A DNA stretch of 63,810 bases, filler included, from Dicyema japonicum (taxonomy: Eukaryota > Animalia > Dicyemida), in the NCBI GenBank assembly GCA_011109175.1. It is 9 parts of 9 records of this genome, joined end to end, with 100 filler letters (N's around TTAATTAATTAA, not from the genome) between each part and the next. Parts side by side here need not be neighbours in the genome. Positions count along the whole stretch, not along the records: positions 22,572 to 26,211 come from RDEW01000225.1; positions 26,312 to 42,985 come from RDEW01000022.1; 7 more parts are not named here. The stretch is one strand, 5' to 3'. Below the pieces are notes generated by a model. It was not told the DNA's origin and made no database searches. It worked only from the letters and a program-made list of their open reading frames with translations. Shown here one piece after another: positions 26,001-39,603 of this stretch (position 1 is its first letter; the number at the start of each line of letters is the position of its first letter). Made by a program: the position numbers and the translations under genes.

Positions 26001-28333
26001 AAAAGAAATTGTCTCTTGTGGTATATTTTTTGTCACATTATTATTTCTTCATTATTGAACGTGCTAGATTGATCAAAGTTTTATCAAATAAATTCAAGAC
26101 TAATCAATTCATTACGTAGTCGTAATCATGAAGAAATTATGTGAATGTCAAATTTATTATATATTTTCCATTTTACTTTCATTTTTTGGAGTTTCACTGA
26201 GAATTGTTGATNNNNNNNNNNNNNNNNNNNNNNNNNNNNNNNNNNNNNNNNNNNNTTAATTAATTAANNNNNNNNNNNNNNNNNNNNNNNNNNNNNNNNN
26301 NNNNNNNNNNNAAAAAATACTTTGTAGTCACACTGAATAAGTTATTTCGACAATGTTTCTATCTTCATGTTAAAAATCTATACTTGATGATATATCAAAG
26401 ATCTCACTTGTGAGGTAATGAGTCCTTCAGAAAAGAAACAATTGTTGAACGGAATCGTGTGGTAATGAGTCCTTCAGGCAAAAAACAATTGTTGAATGAA
26501 ATCCTCCCACCTTCTTCATGAGTAAATCCACGGAATCCTAACCTATCCGTTTTTCAGAACTGAGTTTCCGATGTCTTCCGAGTCCATCACCTCGTTCATG
26601 GCTACAAGAAGATGGAAGCAAAAGTTTTCATCATTTAGTGAAATAGAGTATGTCACCACTTCAACTTTTCGGTTTACTAAGCACTCGGTGAACTTTAGAC
26701 TCCAAATAAACATCGAAGGTCACCAAAAGCGATTTCGGCTACTTTGGGAATTTTCTATTTTTATCCGTTAATTTCTGTTTTTGCAAGATCTCCCAAATCA
26801 AGAAAACTAAGATTTTTCAGCAAAATTTATTTGGAAGTTGTAAAGATGACTTTAATCAAATATATAATTGGAGACCAAATGTTTAAAATAATGGAAGCAC
26901 TGAAGGATTATGTAGGCAATTAGTCAGGAGGTTAAGGTGGTGATGTAGCAAATAACTTCCCATTGCCTCATTTGATCGTCGAATGTGTTGGTTCTTTCAT
27001 TTAAAGAAATCTGAAAATGATAGCTCGTCACTCGTCTTGTAGTCTCTACCAAAAGAACTATTTGGTAGTTGCTTAGTAAGGAAGGTTGCGTCCGTTCGTT
27101 ACGAAAGTCGCCAGTTTTTTCACGAGCAAGAACCGGTTCCCCTTGACTACGTTTGAAAGGACATATGTAAGCGATTTATTCACAAGTTAAATAAATTAAT
27201 AAAAAGTATTAAACTGGAAGTACAAAGACTTCTCCTAACAGCCAGGGAATTCGAAAAAACTGGCATTTAAGAGGAGTTGGCGGTTAGAAGGAGTAATATA
27301 AAAAATTTATTTTTTGATAAACCAATTATCAAGTGTGTTGTTAACCCCATTTCCTTTCTTCAACACTTTTTAAATTTAATTTAACCTCTCCATTGAATTT
27401 AAATCAAACGATTCAGGCTGTTTAATTGTTCAATACTTGAAGAGCCGAATAACATTCTTAGTTACTTTTACCATATTAATACCGTCTGTCTCTTCAACCT
27501 CCAATATATCTACAAGATTTTAAGAATAACCAAGATTTAAGTATTTCTAAAAGATTATTTTCTTTCTCAAATTCTATATTCAAAAAATCCACTTCTACTA
27601 TGGGATCTAATAAATTGGACCTTAAAGCAAAATCATTATAACTCTCAACGTTGTCCATTATTAGCGGATATATTTATTGCATCATTTGGCGTGATTAGAA
27701 CATAATGGTGCTAGGCAGTTTTTTTTTCAAGCAAAGCTCAAATATACATTGTATCTTTAATTTTCAGATTTTCGTATGTTGTCCGATTTGTTTAATTATA
27801 CCATCAAGTTTTCTGTTGATAAACTGCGTTTACCAATTTAAATATTCATTTGCCAAGTGATTCGCAATAAATTTGTTACGTTTTGTATTATTATTATTAA
27901 CCCCAGGCTTACCATTGTAAGCCCAGCACAAACAGTCATAACTAACTAATCCAAGGAAGGAACCAAAAGGAGAACATCTGCTTGTGCCGACCAAATCCAT
28001 CTTCCAATACTTCATTACAGGCTTCCGCTTCCGAAGAGAGGTGGAGAAGTAGGTCCGCCCTCTTCCATTTTTGTCCCACGTCCTACCGTCGCGGACATCA
28101 CTTCATTCTTTAGCGGAATAGTTTTCATAATGCAATCTTCATCAGAAGATTTGGTCAGGGAGAAAAGTAGGAAGATCCCTTTTAACTACTGTGTCGTGCC
28201 AGAAGGACTCGTCGCCTCACGGGTGGGATCTGTTTGACAAGAATTGACCTTCGCTGAAAACGTTTTGTAGTAAATGCTTTATATTTTTTTAAAATATTTT
28301 TAATGATTACCTTTATATTTTTTTTAATATTTT

Positions 28334-28624
28334 ATATTTTCAAATCGGTTCAGACACCTGGAGCAGCTGCATCGACTGCGGAGAACCTAAAAATCAAGAA
28401 ATATTCTTGCCTCGGGGATCGCTACCGATTTACTCCTGTTGCGACCGAATCATCGGGAGCTGTTGGTCCAATGACGGCTGAGTTCTTGCGAGAACTCGGA
28501 GGATTGCTTGCCAGAGAGAAGGGTTATGGCTAAGACAAAAAATTGGAATAGCCATACTACGAGGGAACTCGTTCGCAATCCACGCAGCAGGCTTCCTCAA
28601 CTGACATTTGTTTAATTATTAAAA
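28334..28624 (+). mobile_element. About 290-bp 3' terminal copy of the 11.7-kb CRE family
   Basis: Near-identical by eye to the reverse complement of 11720-12025. Confidence 0.9.
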
Positions 28625-28849
28625 NTTGGCGGATAAGAAAATTGTGGGTAGGAGGAGTTTGCCATATGATTTAGGGGTTTTCGGTAAAATTTGGCGGTAG
28701 GAAAATTGGCAATTAGAAGTAGTTTAATGTATATAACAAACTTAATATAAAAGAAGAAATGATCACTTCTTTATAACCCCACTGATTTTAGGGAATGCGA
28801 CTGCTATAGCTATGAGGACTATTTATATGTTATTATTACAAAAGATTAA

Positions 28850-30050
28850 TGCCATAGGCTCGTCCTGGACTATATCAGTCGATTTCCTTGGAAGTCGAAG
28901 TGGTATTTATTCTGAAAGACTGTGTGAATGTTGATACGAATGACCAAATTATTGACTGCTTTCAAAATTCGCCAGGTGGATTGATTTTTGACGTTTAGAA
29001 GTGGAATTACCCAATCTTCAATGGAACTACTCTCAATTTGGGGTAATAAAAAATATTTTTTTGCCGACGGCGGAAGGTGGAATCTAGTATCTTTCTTCTA
29101 TGATAAGTCAAGTGTAAAGATAACTCAATAGTTCTAAGGGAAATAATCAAATGGATTTGTCAACAAAATTAAAGGTAAAATATGATGGAACCGTCACTTG
29201 GGAGCCGACTATGATCTACAAAAGTTTCTGTGATATACACGTGTCTAGATTCCAATTTATTAACAAGAATGTAGTCTAAAATTTATTTCGTGGACATGTG
29301 ACGGTTCTAAGTTTCGATCCCAGACATTATCGATCTGATGGTCCCTTGTTTCTTAAGTTCGGAAATCAAAAACCATTTGAGTCCATTAATAAGGACAAGA
29401 GGGTATATACAAGTCAAGGAGATGAGTACACTAAGTGTACCAGAGCTGAGTCATAGGTCATCAACTCAAGCATCCGACCTAATGAACAGTATTATTATAA
29501 ATAATAAGCCAAAAACACTAATTAAAGGGAAAACGCCATCAGGTGATTCTCTCAGTATTAATCTGATCTCTTCCCGGTGTTGCTCTCGGGAACCGACACA
29601 TTTTTGATAACACTTTTCTTCTGGTGGTTTTCCATTTTGGGTGAATATGCCACCGGAATTCCTCACAAGGACCTTAAATGGGATTGCCCTTATTGTCAGT
29701 CCTGTGATTTGAGAGATTATTTTGCTTATATTGGATTTGCCGAGTTGATCTTATCCATGTTTATTTTGGCATGTTATGTTCCCCAAGCTCCACATACATA
29801 ACTTATAGTTGGCTCTATGAATTGAGTGTATAACGTGGATAATGACCGGTTTGAAGATCATTTAAATTTTGGAATGAGCACCTTCACGAATTTAAGCTTT
29901 CATGTCGAAGCACTGATTATGCTTGACACATGTGTGCTGAAGGTCATGTTGGTGTCAAATGTTACTCACAGGATCTTAGCTTTTTCTTATTGGGATTAGT
30001 TCACCATTCAAAAATAGATTGGCGGAATAACTTGATAGCATTCTATTTAA
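28850..30050 (+). pseudogene. Nicotinic acetylcholine receptor-like (Cys-loop) subunit pseudogene
   Basis: Collinear VNVDTNDQI, PNLQWNYSQFG.IKNIFLP, TKLKVKYDGTVTWEPTMIYKSFCDIHVSRF, QECSLKFISWT, INLI.P.LLS and MPPE..RTLNGIAL. Retains 23-25 nt introns but has several frameshifts and stops. Confidence 0.75.
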
Positions 30051-30219
30051 CGTAAAATGAGAGGTAAGGACTTATCTGTAGACGTTGAAATAGAATTTCT
30101 TTTCAACCACTCTATTAAATTTTTCATTAAAATAATCCAAAAATTCTTTTTAAATTTTCTGGCTATAATTTTTTAAAAAGATATATTCAAATTTTTAATT
30201 TAATTAATAAATGTTAGAC

Positions 30220-30536
30220 TGTTGTGCAGTGTAACGAGTGCCTGGCAAAAGGCCTGATGGCACCTATCTCGAATCTCGTCTCTGTACATTCCGACTGAAG
30301 GTTCCACACATCTACCATGTTTTGGCTTGACGAGTGACGTCGTCATCTGTGAATATCTCATTGCGGAACCGGATCATCTTCAAAAGGATTCACACACAAC
30401 ATAAAAAAAATAAAAGTGAAGATCACTCCTTGGTTCTCCTCAGTTATGTTAACTGTTCTTTAATTAAATGAGGTGTGTGTCCTGCCTGGGAATAGTTAAT
30501 ATGGCTCTTAATAAAGTGCAGTATTATTATTCATAT
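30220..30536 (+). mobile_element. SINE family copy C with a 9-bp TSD
   Basis: Shared core and tail; ATGTTAGAC at 30211-30219 and 30537-30545. Confidence 0.8.
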
Positions 30537-30549
30537 ATGTTAGACAGTT

Positions 30550-32420
30550 ATCTTTGTGATCTATCTGGAACCTGTTCTTCGGGATCTGAGGCCTAAAATT
30601 AGTCCTACTTCTATCTTGGAATTACTACATGCAGATGGCGTGGATTTTGTTTCTGATGACATCAATGATATCAGGGTTGCTCTTAATCAGCTCCTGGGGC
30701 ATTTGCGAGTGGTCCCTGAAAATGAACGCACGAAAAACTTAGTTCATTACAGTCAAACGAGAAAGCAAAGTTATCGACGAGATATAGAGGAGAACAATTG
30801 TTTGGCGACTTGGAAGATGTTGTCAATAATTAAAGAGACTAAAATCGACAAGGTTGAGGGAAGTGAATGTATCAAGACCAGTAAAACTACGACTATATAC
30901 CAAGGGTTGCACAAACGATGGGAGAATATAACTTCCCGAAGGTATTTTATGTAGTTAACCTCCTCTTACAATATTTGACAATAATCCAAGGAAGGAACCC
31001 AAGGGATATTTTGACGATATCCATTCTCCAATAGTTGAGGCTTCCGAAGATAAGCGAAGTATGTTTATTTACCATTTTTTCATCACATGTCCGGCCTTTC
31101 CTGACATCATTTCAATCTTAGGTAATCTTTACCAATGGATTTGGTCAGGGAGAAGGTAGGAGGATACTTTCATGTCAGGATTAAAAGAATCCCAAATAGA
31201 GAGTGGTAAACATTCACTTATGTCGAGAGTCAATTAACAGTTTTTTTTAATAAAAATTACTAATTATTTCTGATATTCAGGGGGATACAAAAAAGCTTGA
31301 GAAACACTGGTCTTAATATAATCCCGACTAACCAACAACCAACCTAAATAAAAGGCTAAGAATTCAAGGTATTTGAACACAGAACTGAATATCAACGGAT
31401 TTGCCATCCAAAAATCATGAGACTTGGATAAACAGACAATAAAAAAAGCTGTGTATATCCACTTAGCAAAGGATTATGAGAAAGAATCGGCTTTGAAGAA
31501 CTAAACATGGTGAACGACCTTGCCAAACGACGGAAGGACATATGAATGCAATATCTGAACACAAGTGCCGACACATAAAATGAAATTGTGGCAGGAAAAA
31601 GCGAGTATCAAAAAATTGACGAGAATTAGGCACTTAAAAACCAGATAAGAAAAATTGAATACCTCAAAGGCAAGATGAAGTTTCGTGAGGCTACTGTAAA
31701 CTCAGAGGCAACCTAAGAAAACCATTAGTAACTATACGAGAAGATCAAGGCAAACAGATCCCAGAACAGTCAGAAGTTGCTGAGCTCATTGATGATACAT
31801 TATTCTGATCATTTAAAAAAGATGTTTGTATGCAACCATGGAAATATGAGTGCTACTTCATGAAGAGGAAAACTTTCAGAGAAAGTATCCACCAATAAGT
31901 TCAAATAGTTAGCATAAAACTTAAGAACAACATGGGACCCTGACAGACTAAATGGGAACTTTCTCAAATATGGAACCCATAAGTTTTAAGGACACATTCT
32001 CAGATACTTGATGCATAGGGATGGTTGCAACAGCACAAAAAATTGACGTGACAACGTCAATCATTGGAATTGACATGTAAAAATTTTTGATTCCGTGTAT
32101 TGGAAAAAAACTATCAAAAACCCTTGATGGATTTNGACAACGTCAATCATTGGAATTGACATGTAAAAATTTTTGATTCCGTGTATTGGAAAAAAACTAT
32201 TAAAAACCCTTGATGGATTTTTCGACAGTTTTACAATTCGGATGGTCAGAGTGCTCTTGACTAACACAAATCTATCTGTGAAGGTCGGGGGCGTCTTTTC
32301 ATGGTCCTTTAGACGACGATGAGTAACTTCCTTAATAGACCCTTCAACCTGAATGGTAGGGATAGTGGCTTATTTCAGGGTTGTTGAAGCTAGCACTATT
32401 GATCCTCGATGGCTACTGAG
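30550..32420 (+). mobile_element. Heavily degraded CR1-like LINE (ORF1 end, EN and RT traces)
   Basis: IIGIDM*KFFDSVYW (RT motif) near 32140-32190; the upstream assignment is weaker. Confidence 0.55.
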
Positions 32421-34149
32421 GTTTGCCCCATAGTTATTCCAGTTTTTTAACCAGACTAAGGTGAGGGATGCAAAGACACAACACGAATTGCCTCTTTTGA
32501 TAATAAATTTTAGTTCAAGGATGAATTGAAAATCACTCATACGTATCCGAAATACAGTACTTAAGTCACTTTTTAAACAATTATGTGTTTAATTTCTTAA
32601 TTTCAACTATTACTCTCCCGTCATTCTCACCTTTATCACTGCTTGACCAATTCTAATAATCTGCAGGATTTCTAACACTGTAGTCGGTCACTACGNAACA
32701 GAAATTACCCCCCTTGATAATAAATTTTAGTTCATGGATGTATTGAAAATCACTCATGCGTATCCGAAATACAGAACTTAAGTCACTTTTTAGACAATTA
32801 TGTGTTCAATTTCTTAATTTTAACTATTACTCTCCCGTCATTCTCACCTTTATCACTGCTTGACCAATTCTAATAATCTGCAGGATTTCTAACACTGTAG
32901 TCGGTGACTACGTGCTCTTCTCCTGTATCCTACATCGAGAGATCAAAATCTCGTTCAGTAGATAATAAGCAGATACTTGATTCCCTTCTCCAGTTCCTTC
33001 TCAGACTCGTGAAACGCGGTGAAAAATTCAATATGGCTTGGTTCTCTATACAGAGAAGCATCGCATGCCAATCTAGACGAAATTGGAGGACCTTGATAAG
33101 TCTGATGAAGGACAAGTTAGTTTAACGAGAGATATCTCAGAATAATAAAATTTAGGAAAAGCTCTGATTTGTCCCGAGAACAGACCTCATCGAGAGGGGG
33201 ATAGTGAAATTTAATATAAAAAAAAGCAATTGAAAAAAGTTAAATAATCCTTATTATTAATAACAACCACAGCATCAAACATATAGTAATTTTCCCCAAT
33301 GCACATGACCTAAATGGAATTCAAAATCAGTAAGGATCAAGCCTATAAAAATGATTTAGGCTCTCCATCCAGTCCACACACGTTAGAAAGATCAAGCCGA
33401 CTGGGAGGAATTTATAATAAGGCGTTCCTCCTTCAAGTGGTCTGTAAATTTTTATTTCTTTAAAATTCCTATTTCAAAATCTTGTTTAGCATCAAGTTTA
33501 AGGTCTGGCTTACTTATTGAAGGATTACCGCTTTAAGAAAAAGAAAGAGTCCTCAACTATGTGATCCAATTCCCAAGGTCAGAGTTGGACTCATCAATTA
33601 CAATCATCACATCCATCCGTATCCGACATTGTGGGAACCCTCCAATGTAGTGGGAAAGAAAAGAATTCTTTTTGTTTGTCTAACAGGCACTGAGTGTCTT
33701 GACGAACAGATGGATGGGAGAAGGGCTCTAGAGATTTGGTCTCTTACAATCATTTTATCTTTGACCTACAACTTTGTAATTATCGATAGAATCAGTTAAT
33801 GGAGTTGTTTAATGATAGGTCCTCCGATTTAGACATAAATAATGTCACGAAATATTCAAAATCAAAAAAAATCAGATAAATTTAGATCTAATCGCTATTG
33901 CAGATATTCATCCAAATAGTGGACGAACTCTCATCCTGTAAGAAGTTAACTGTCAGCTAATCCCAATCCCTTTCTCCACATGCAAGTCGACTCTATTCCA
34001 TAATAATAGTAAACAAGTATAAATATAGATTACACAACAATTATTGTGAAATGTATTATTTTAAAAAACTGTAATAATTACCTGAATATGTACACCACGG
34101 TAAAAATGGGTTAGGGTTAAACCAAAACTAACTTTTAATTTCTTTATTT

Positions 34150-34760
34150 TAATTATCACTTTATCCTGATGCCTTCCGCCAAAATCCTAATTCTTTCACG
34201 GTGCTCCTCCCTAGTACCTACACAAGCTCGTACTGGGGGCTGACTGTATTTGCAGGGCCACCTTCCCGCATGCAGGAGTTTTGTTTAATGAGGGCCTCCA
34301 GAGTAGTCGGTCCGGTTCTGTGTCTCCCACAAGACCACCGCTCCGTCATTCTGAAAGCCTTCTTTTGAACGTCTCGATTTTCTTAGTGTTCGTCTATGAT
34401 AATGAAGGTCCCCACGAAGCATACGCGTACGAGAAGCATGGTTCGATGTATTGCTTGTAAATGTTCATCAAGACCGGGTGGGTACCTGTCTTCCATATTC
34501 CAGATAAACATTTTAATACATTGATCCTCTTCTCGCACTTCAGAACAATGTTTGCCACGTGTGGTGACAAACATAAGTGCGTATCCAGTGTCACGCCCAG
34601 GATCTTCTGACATTTACTGAAAGGGATTTCATCGTCGTCCAATTTTAACTTGACAGTCATCTTCCCCAACCTTTTGTCCGAAGTAAACATAGACGTGACC
34701 GACTTTCTGAATTTTATCGTGAGTCGGTTTTTTATTACCCAGGCGGTCCAGGTTTTTTTT
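34150..34760 (-). mobile_element. Jockey-like LINE 3' remnant
   Basis: KILGVTLDTHLCLSPHVANIVLKCEKRINVLKCLSG...IYKQYIEPCFSYA. Confidence 0.75.
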
Positions 34761-35130
34761 AACAAGGTTTTTGATTTTTGTTTGTAAAATATCAACCGAC
34801 ATTATGAAATAGTTAATTTGTCATGTTAAATTTATATATTAAAGTTATTAACATATCGGCCTAACGACGGGAATTATGAAAGTAATTCCTGATCAAAGGT
34901 TCGTTTATTAATGGTTGATACATGATAAATCAACCGACGTTATAAAGATTTATACTATTACAATTGAATAATTTTTATATCTTTAAATTGTGGACAACTG
35001 AAGGAATAATGCATGTAACTCCTAAGTAATGGATCCCACATTAAAACCACTTTATTAATTGCGAATTTATAATGGGAGAACCAACAAAATTTATATAGAA
35101 AATAGCAGGCATATAAAATTATTAATCAAT
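34760..35130. repeat. Diverged direct-repeat copy of 40445-40760
   Basis: Shared blocks such as GGGAATTATGAAAGTAATTCCTGA.CAAAGG and TTGATACATGATAAATCAAC. Confidence 0.75.
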
Positions 35131-35153
35131 ACATTTATTGTAAAATGTAATAT

Positions 35154-36348
35154 GGACGGTGTTGTGGTGTATTGGCCGTTCTACTTTTTGGAATGAACAT
35201 GACAATGGAAAAGGATCCGAAACCAACAGCGAAACCCAAAGAGCATATTTCTCGCACGTCTATCCCCTGCATTATCTGTGGAGAGGCAAACAAGAGGAAA
35301 TATAGTATCCAATGTTCCCGTTGCCCAAATTTTGGACACCTTGGGTGCAACAAGCTGACAAGACGGACTGCTCAGTATCTCCCATGTTGGTCATGCCCCA
35401 CATGCCTTGGGAACCCCACAAGGAAAAAGGAACCGCTCTCTGGTTCAGTCCTGGACCTATCTAACACGGACGAATGTTTACGCCGCCTGAACCGGCTTGT
35501 ATCAGAGAGGGTTATCCCACTCAGAATCCCAAAGTCGGTGCCTAGCAGCTGCCACGTGTCTCTCAAAACTAATCACCAAAGCAGTCAGTGACAACACCCA
35601 AGAAGCTTGGATGCGCCTTCTCTGCTTTGCACCAATTGTCCTCGGATCACATCCGACCGAACTGAAGGAACGGAATGTCAANNNNNNNNNNNNNNNNNNN
35701 NNNNNNNNNNNNNNNNNNNNNNNNNNNNNNNNNNNNNNNNNNNNNNNNNNNNNNNNNNNNNNNNNNNNNNNNNNNNNNNNNNNNNNNNNNNNNNNNNNNN
35801 NNNNNNNNNNNNNNNNCCTGGGATGCCACCTGCGTAGATAGCTTCTCCCTTTCCAATATTACAATGAGTGCGACAAATCCAGGCTCAGCTGCAGAGAAAG
35901 CAGAAATACTTAAAGCAAAGAAGTACACATGCCTCGGCGAGAAGTACACATTTGAACCAGTCGCAGTCGAAACTTCAAAAGTCATAGGAAGCAGGTCGTT
36001 AGCCTTGCTCAACAAAATTGGATTGTTAATCGCTAAAAGGAGGAGGGATGTCAGAGAGAAGGGCTGGCTCATTGAGCGCATCTCCTTACGGGAAATGCGC
36101 TCTCAATCCTGAGAGCAGCCAGTAGCCTTTAACTATTTAGTTTTATTCTNCTTCAGAAGTCATAGGAAGCAGGTCGTTAGCCTTGCTCAACAAAATTGGA
36201 TTGTTAGTCGCTATAAGGAGGAGGGATGTCAGAGAGAAGGGCTGGCTCATTGAGCGCATCTCCTTACGGGAAATGCGCTCTCAATCCTGAGAGCAGCCAG
36301 TAGCCTTTAACTATTTGGTTTTATTCTTCAATAAATTGTTATTGTAAA
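35154..36348 (+). mobile_element. CRE-like element with an N-terminal PHD finger and a C-terminal RLE, TSD-flanked, middle hidden by a 135-N gap
   Basis: PHD CIIC..CSRC....H..C...WSCPTC at about 35268-35405. WDATCVDSF, AVETS and LIERISL follow the gap. AAAATGTAATAT at 35142-35153 and 36349-36360. Confidence 0.85.
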
Positions 36349-36429
36349 AAAATGTAATATTATAAACAAGTTTAATAATTACGTAAATATATAGGCATTT
36401 AACTTATAAATTTTTTTAAACACCTTTTT

Positions 36430-39400
36430 TTATTAAAAATGATGAGGACAAAACATTAGTTAGCTGCCGCCCTTTCTGCGTGGCTGTTCCCTCTCAGAAT
36501 TGCGAGCGAAATTCGCTCGCGTTCGAGGAGATCTCCAGTGTATGAAGTGATCCGGTTTCCAAGACGTCCGAAAAACTCTAGTGTAGAGGGGGAGTAGGAT
36601 CCGGAAGTCTCCATAGCAAGGAGAACAAATTTGACATTATCTGGAAGGTCGCCGTATTTTTTGAGTTTTGCCTTCTCCGCCTTGACGACTGCAGAGCAGG
36701 CCCTTGAAGCGCAATCGTGAAGATTGTTCGGGACGAACGTTTCTGTACATGTCACGTCCCAAACAAGTGGTTTCCCGGCCTCAAGGGGAAAAATGGTCAT
36801 CCAGTTCGGTCGTTTTTTGTCACTTCTGCATAACCTGACCGGTTCAAAAATGTCCGAGTATCCAGCAGCATCCATAGCCCGCTGGACAATCTCATTCAGA
36901 GACCTGTGCCTTGGAGATGTGCCAGCGCTCCTCTTGCAAGCGAGAGGGTGCAGGCCATAGCAGTCTCTCAGGACGCCACATCGGCACGGGTGAAGTACAC
37001 ATACCTTCAGTCCCAGCCGCAGAGAGATACCACTTCTAACGCATTCATTATCCAGAATGGTGCCCAGAGCTCCATTTGGGATGGCGTTTAGCCTAGCTCC
37101 GCTCTCAGGAAAAGCCCCCGAAATCAAACTAGCGCGTCGGTGCTGATTGGCCGATTCCAATAGGAGTCCAAATGATTTCCAGCACAATAAATTGTCCAGT
37201 TTTCGCTAGCAGTCTTGTGAAGAAGACAGAGGCAGGTTGGTGGCAGTTCAGGCTTCTCGTGCGTGGATTATGTCTTTGTCAATTGAGAATTCGGGTAGGG
37301 AGTGTAGAATCCTCCTGACCAAAGGTTCGCAGGCCGTGAGTGAAGACAGATGTGTAGGAAGTGAGACGTCCAAAGTACGACGGATTCCAAGACCCCCAAA
37401 TCTAACTGGGAGTTTAGCTTGCATCCATGTAGCATCGTCGAATTTGACATTAAATATTTGCTCCGTCGAGCTGAGGAAAGACAAATCAAAGTGCTCAAGC
37501 TGCTTCAATTGGGGATAATACGGGGCTGTCCTGAGTAAATAGGCGATTCTCTGAATGTTAAGACTTCTATTCATGAGAAATAGTGCTGAGTGTAAGTCAA
37601 GAAGCTGTAATCTGTCCAGCGATTAGCATAGTTGTTTTTTGTCAAGGAGGACATGCTTCATCGCATTCCTAGTGATCGGGGATCCAAAAAAATCAATTCG
37701 TTTTCAGGGGTCGAAATCCCACCAGGAAACAAGGAGTAAAATTTTGGAACAATTGAAGAGAAGTCATCGTCAGCAAGACCACAGTTTGTTATTTCACATT
37801 TCGTTGTATTCAATTCAAGACCCACCTTGGACAACGCGGGGATGAGTACTTCCAACTCCTGGAAGACCATCTCCGGGAGATCTCCTAGGACAGCGTCATC
37901 GAGGTACCAGATGTTGAGTGAGCATCGAGAGAGCTTCGTAATTTTCTCAATTCCGAGGGAGAACAGCAGTGGTCCGAGGGGGTCGCCTTGTTGAACACCC
38001 GAGGACGATGGAACCATGAAATCCCCGTGCAATAGAAATGTAGGCTTTCCGTATGAAAATTGACCAGTTCAAATATGCATGGACATCTTTCTTTGCAGGC
38101 CTCCAGAATGTATTCTTTTTTTAAACTGTTAAAAGCGTTCTTGATGTCCAGCTTTACCATGATGTGCCTTTTAAAGTCTTGAATGCTGCGGTTCCTGAAT
38201 GTCCTGACGGAGTGAACGGCTGCCTCACATCCAAGACGAACTCCGACTCCAACTTGACTGAGAAGTAAGGATTTTGACAAGATTGACGTAGAAAATCTGG
38301 AAGCAATCTTGGCTGCTAGTCTCCTGAAGGTGAATCCGACCGCGATCGGACGGATACCACCTCCCTTCTTGTCGACCGCAATCAGACTACCGAAAACAAG
38401 ATATGTCGTATCAAATCAGGCAAATGTCCAGATAATATCCTGTTCATAAGAGAAGTGAGTGAGAAGGAGAGACGACATGCTTGGTCTCCAATAGTCGGTG
38501 AAATAAGGTCTTTAAGATGGCCGGGCCTTAAGCCATCGAGACCTCCATTGCTGCTTGGTGCAAAGTTCCATAACGCCGTGATGGCATCCTCAGGCGACGT
38601 GGACAAAGGGGTCACTTTTGATGGGGGTGAACAGTGTCGTAGGTTATTCGGAGCGGGTGGATGCTTCTCCAATAGAATCTTGTAAGTATCAGCGGTTGGA
38701 TTGCGTGGTCCGCCTGAGAGTGAGAGGGCCTTTAATGATCGAGTTCCTCCTTCAAGCAACTTCGATCGTACAGTCCTTCTTAGGCGAAAAATCTCCGTTT
38801 CCCGAGTTGAACTTCGAATCTCAGTTGAACGGATGCAAAAGGACGGGAGGTCCGTAAAGTGAATTCCATCCATAAATGCGTGAGAGGGCCTTTAATGATC
38901 GAGTTCCTCCTTCAAGCAACTTCGATCGTACAGTCCTTTTTAGGCGAAAAATCTCCGTTTCCCGAGTTGAACTCCGAATCTGAGTTGAACGGATGCAAAA
39001 GGACGGGAGGTCCGTAAAGTGAATTCCATCCATAAATGCGTGGATGTCATTCTTCATTTCAATCGAGAGAGACTGTTTCCCATTGCGATCTCGGGGGAGC
39101 CAAGAGCGAAAGGAGCAAAATTAAACAAACGTACCCAGTCGTTTATAGAGTCGGAGTGGAGAACATCGTCGATTGCTTTGGTTAAGGCTTCGGCAGCTAG
39201 GGGGCGTTCTGCTTTGGAACGGCGTTCATTGATAAGTTTGAGTAGCGAATCTGGATCCAATTAGGAAAGGTCTTCTCCGGAGGTGTATGCACTCGCGTGA
39301 CCATTAGGAAACCCCCAGCCAATTCCAAAGAATGAGCGGCAGTGCCATATCCCAAGGGCGCGGATAGAGGCCTGAAAGAGCTTCAAACATCCGAGGTGAA

Positions 39401-39600
39401 AGAAGCCTCCACAGGCAGAACAAGAAATTCCGAACTTTCTCAAATTGCTCATATTGCAGGCAGAGCAATTGGACGATGACTTTTCGAGTAACATTCCGCT
39501 GAATCAACAATAGGTGAAAGTCAAGAATAGGAAGAAAATCTCAATAGGCGAAAATCATCACAACACGACAATATGACAAGTTTGATGTGAAATTCTGAAA
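36430..39600 (-). mobile_element. Near full-length CRE-like retrotransposon (PHD, RT, zinc knuckle, RLE), frameshifted
   Basis: PHD at about 39475-39340. GIRPIAVG, QVGVG, KLDIKNAFNS, GVQQGDPLGPLLF, WYLDD, CRCG...HPLAC, KRP and WDVTC. 5' boundary approximate. Confidence 0.92.
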
Positions 39601-39603
39601 ACG

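Noticed and set aside
25808-26500. Short tandem duplications of about 42 and 46 bp
   Set aside because: Ordinary slippage-type duplications in decayed DNA.
38722-39040. 159-bp tandem duplication inside the long CRE, and a similar one at 32051-32220
   Set aside because: Cannot be told apart from assembly overlap without reads; no functional signal.
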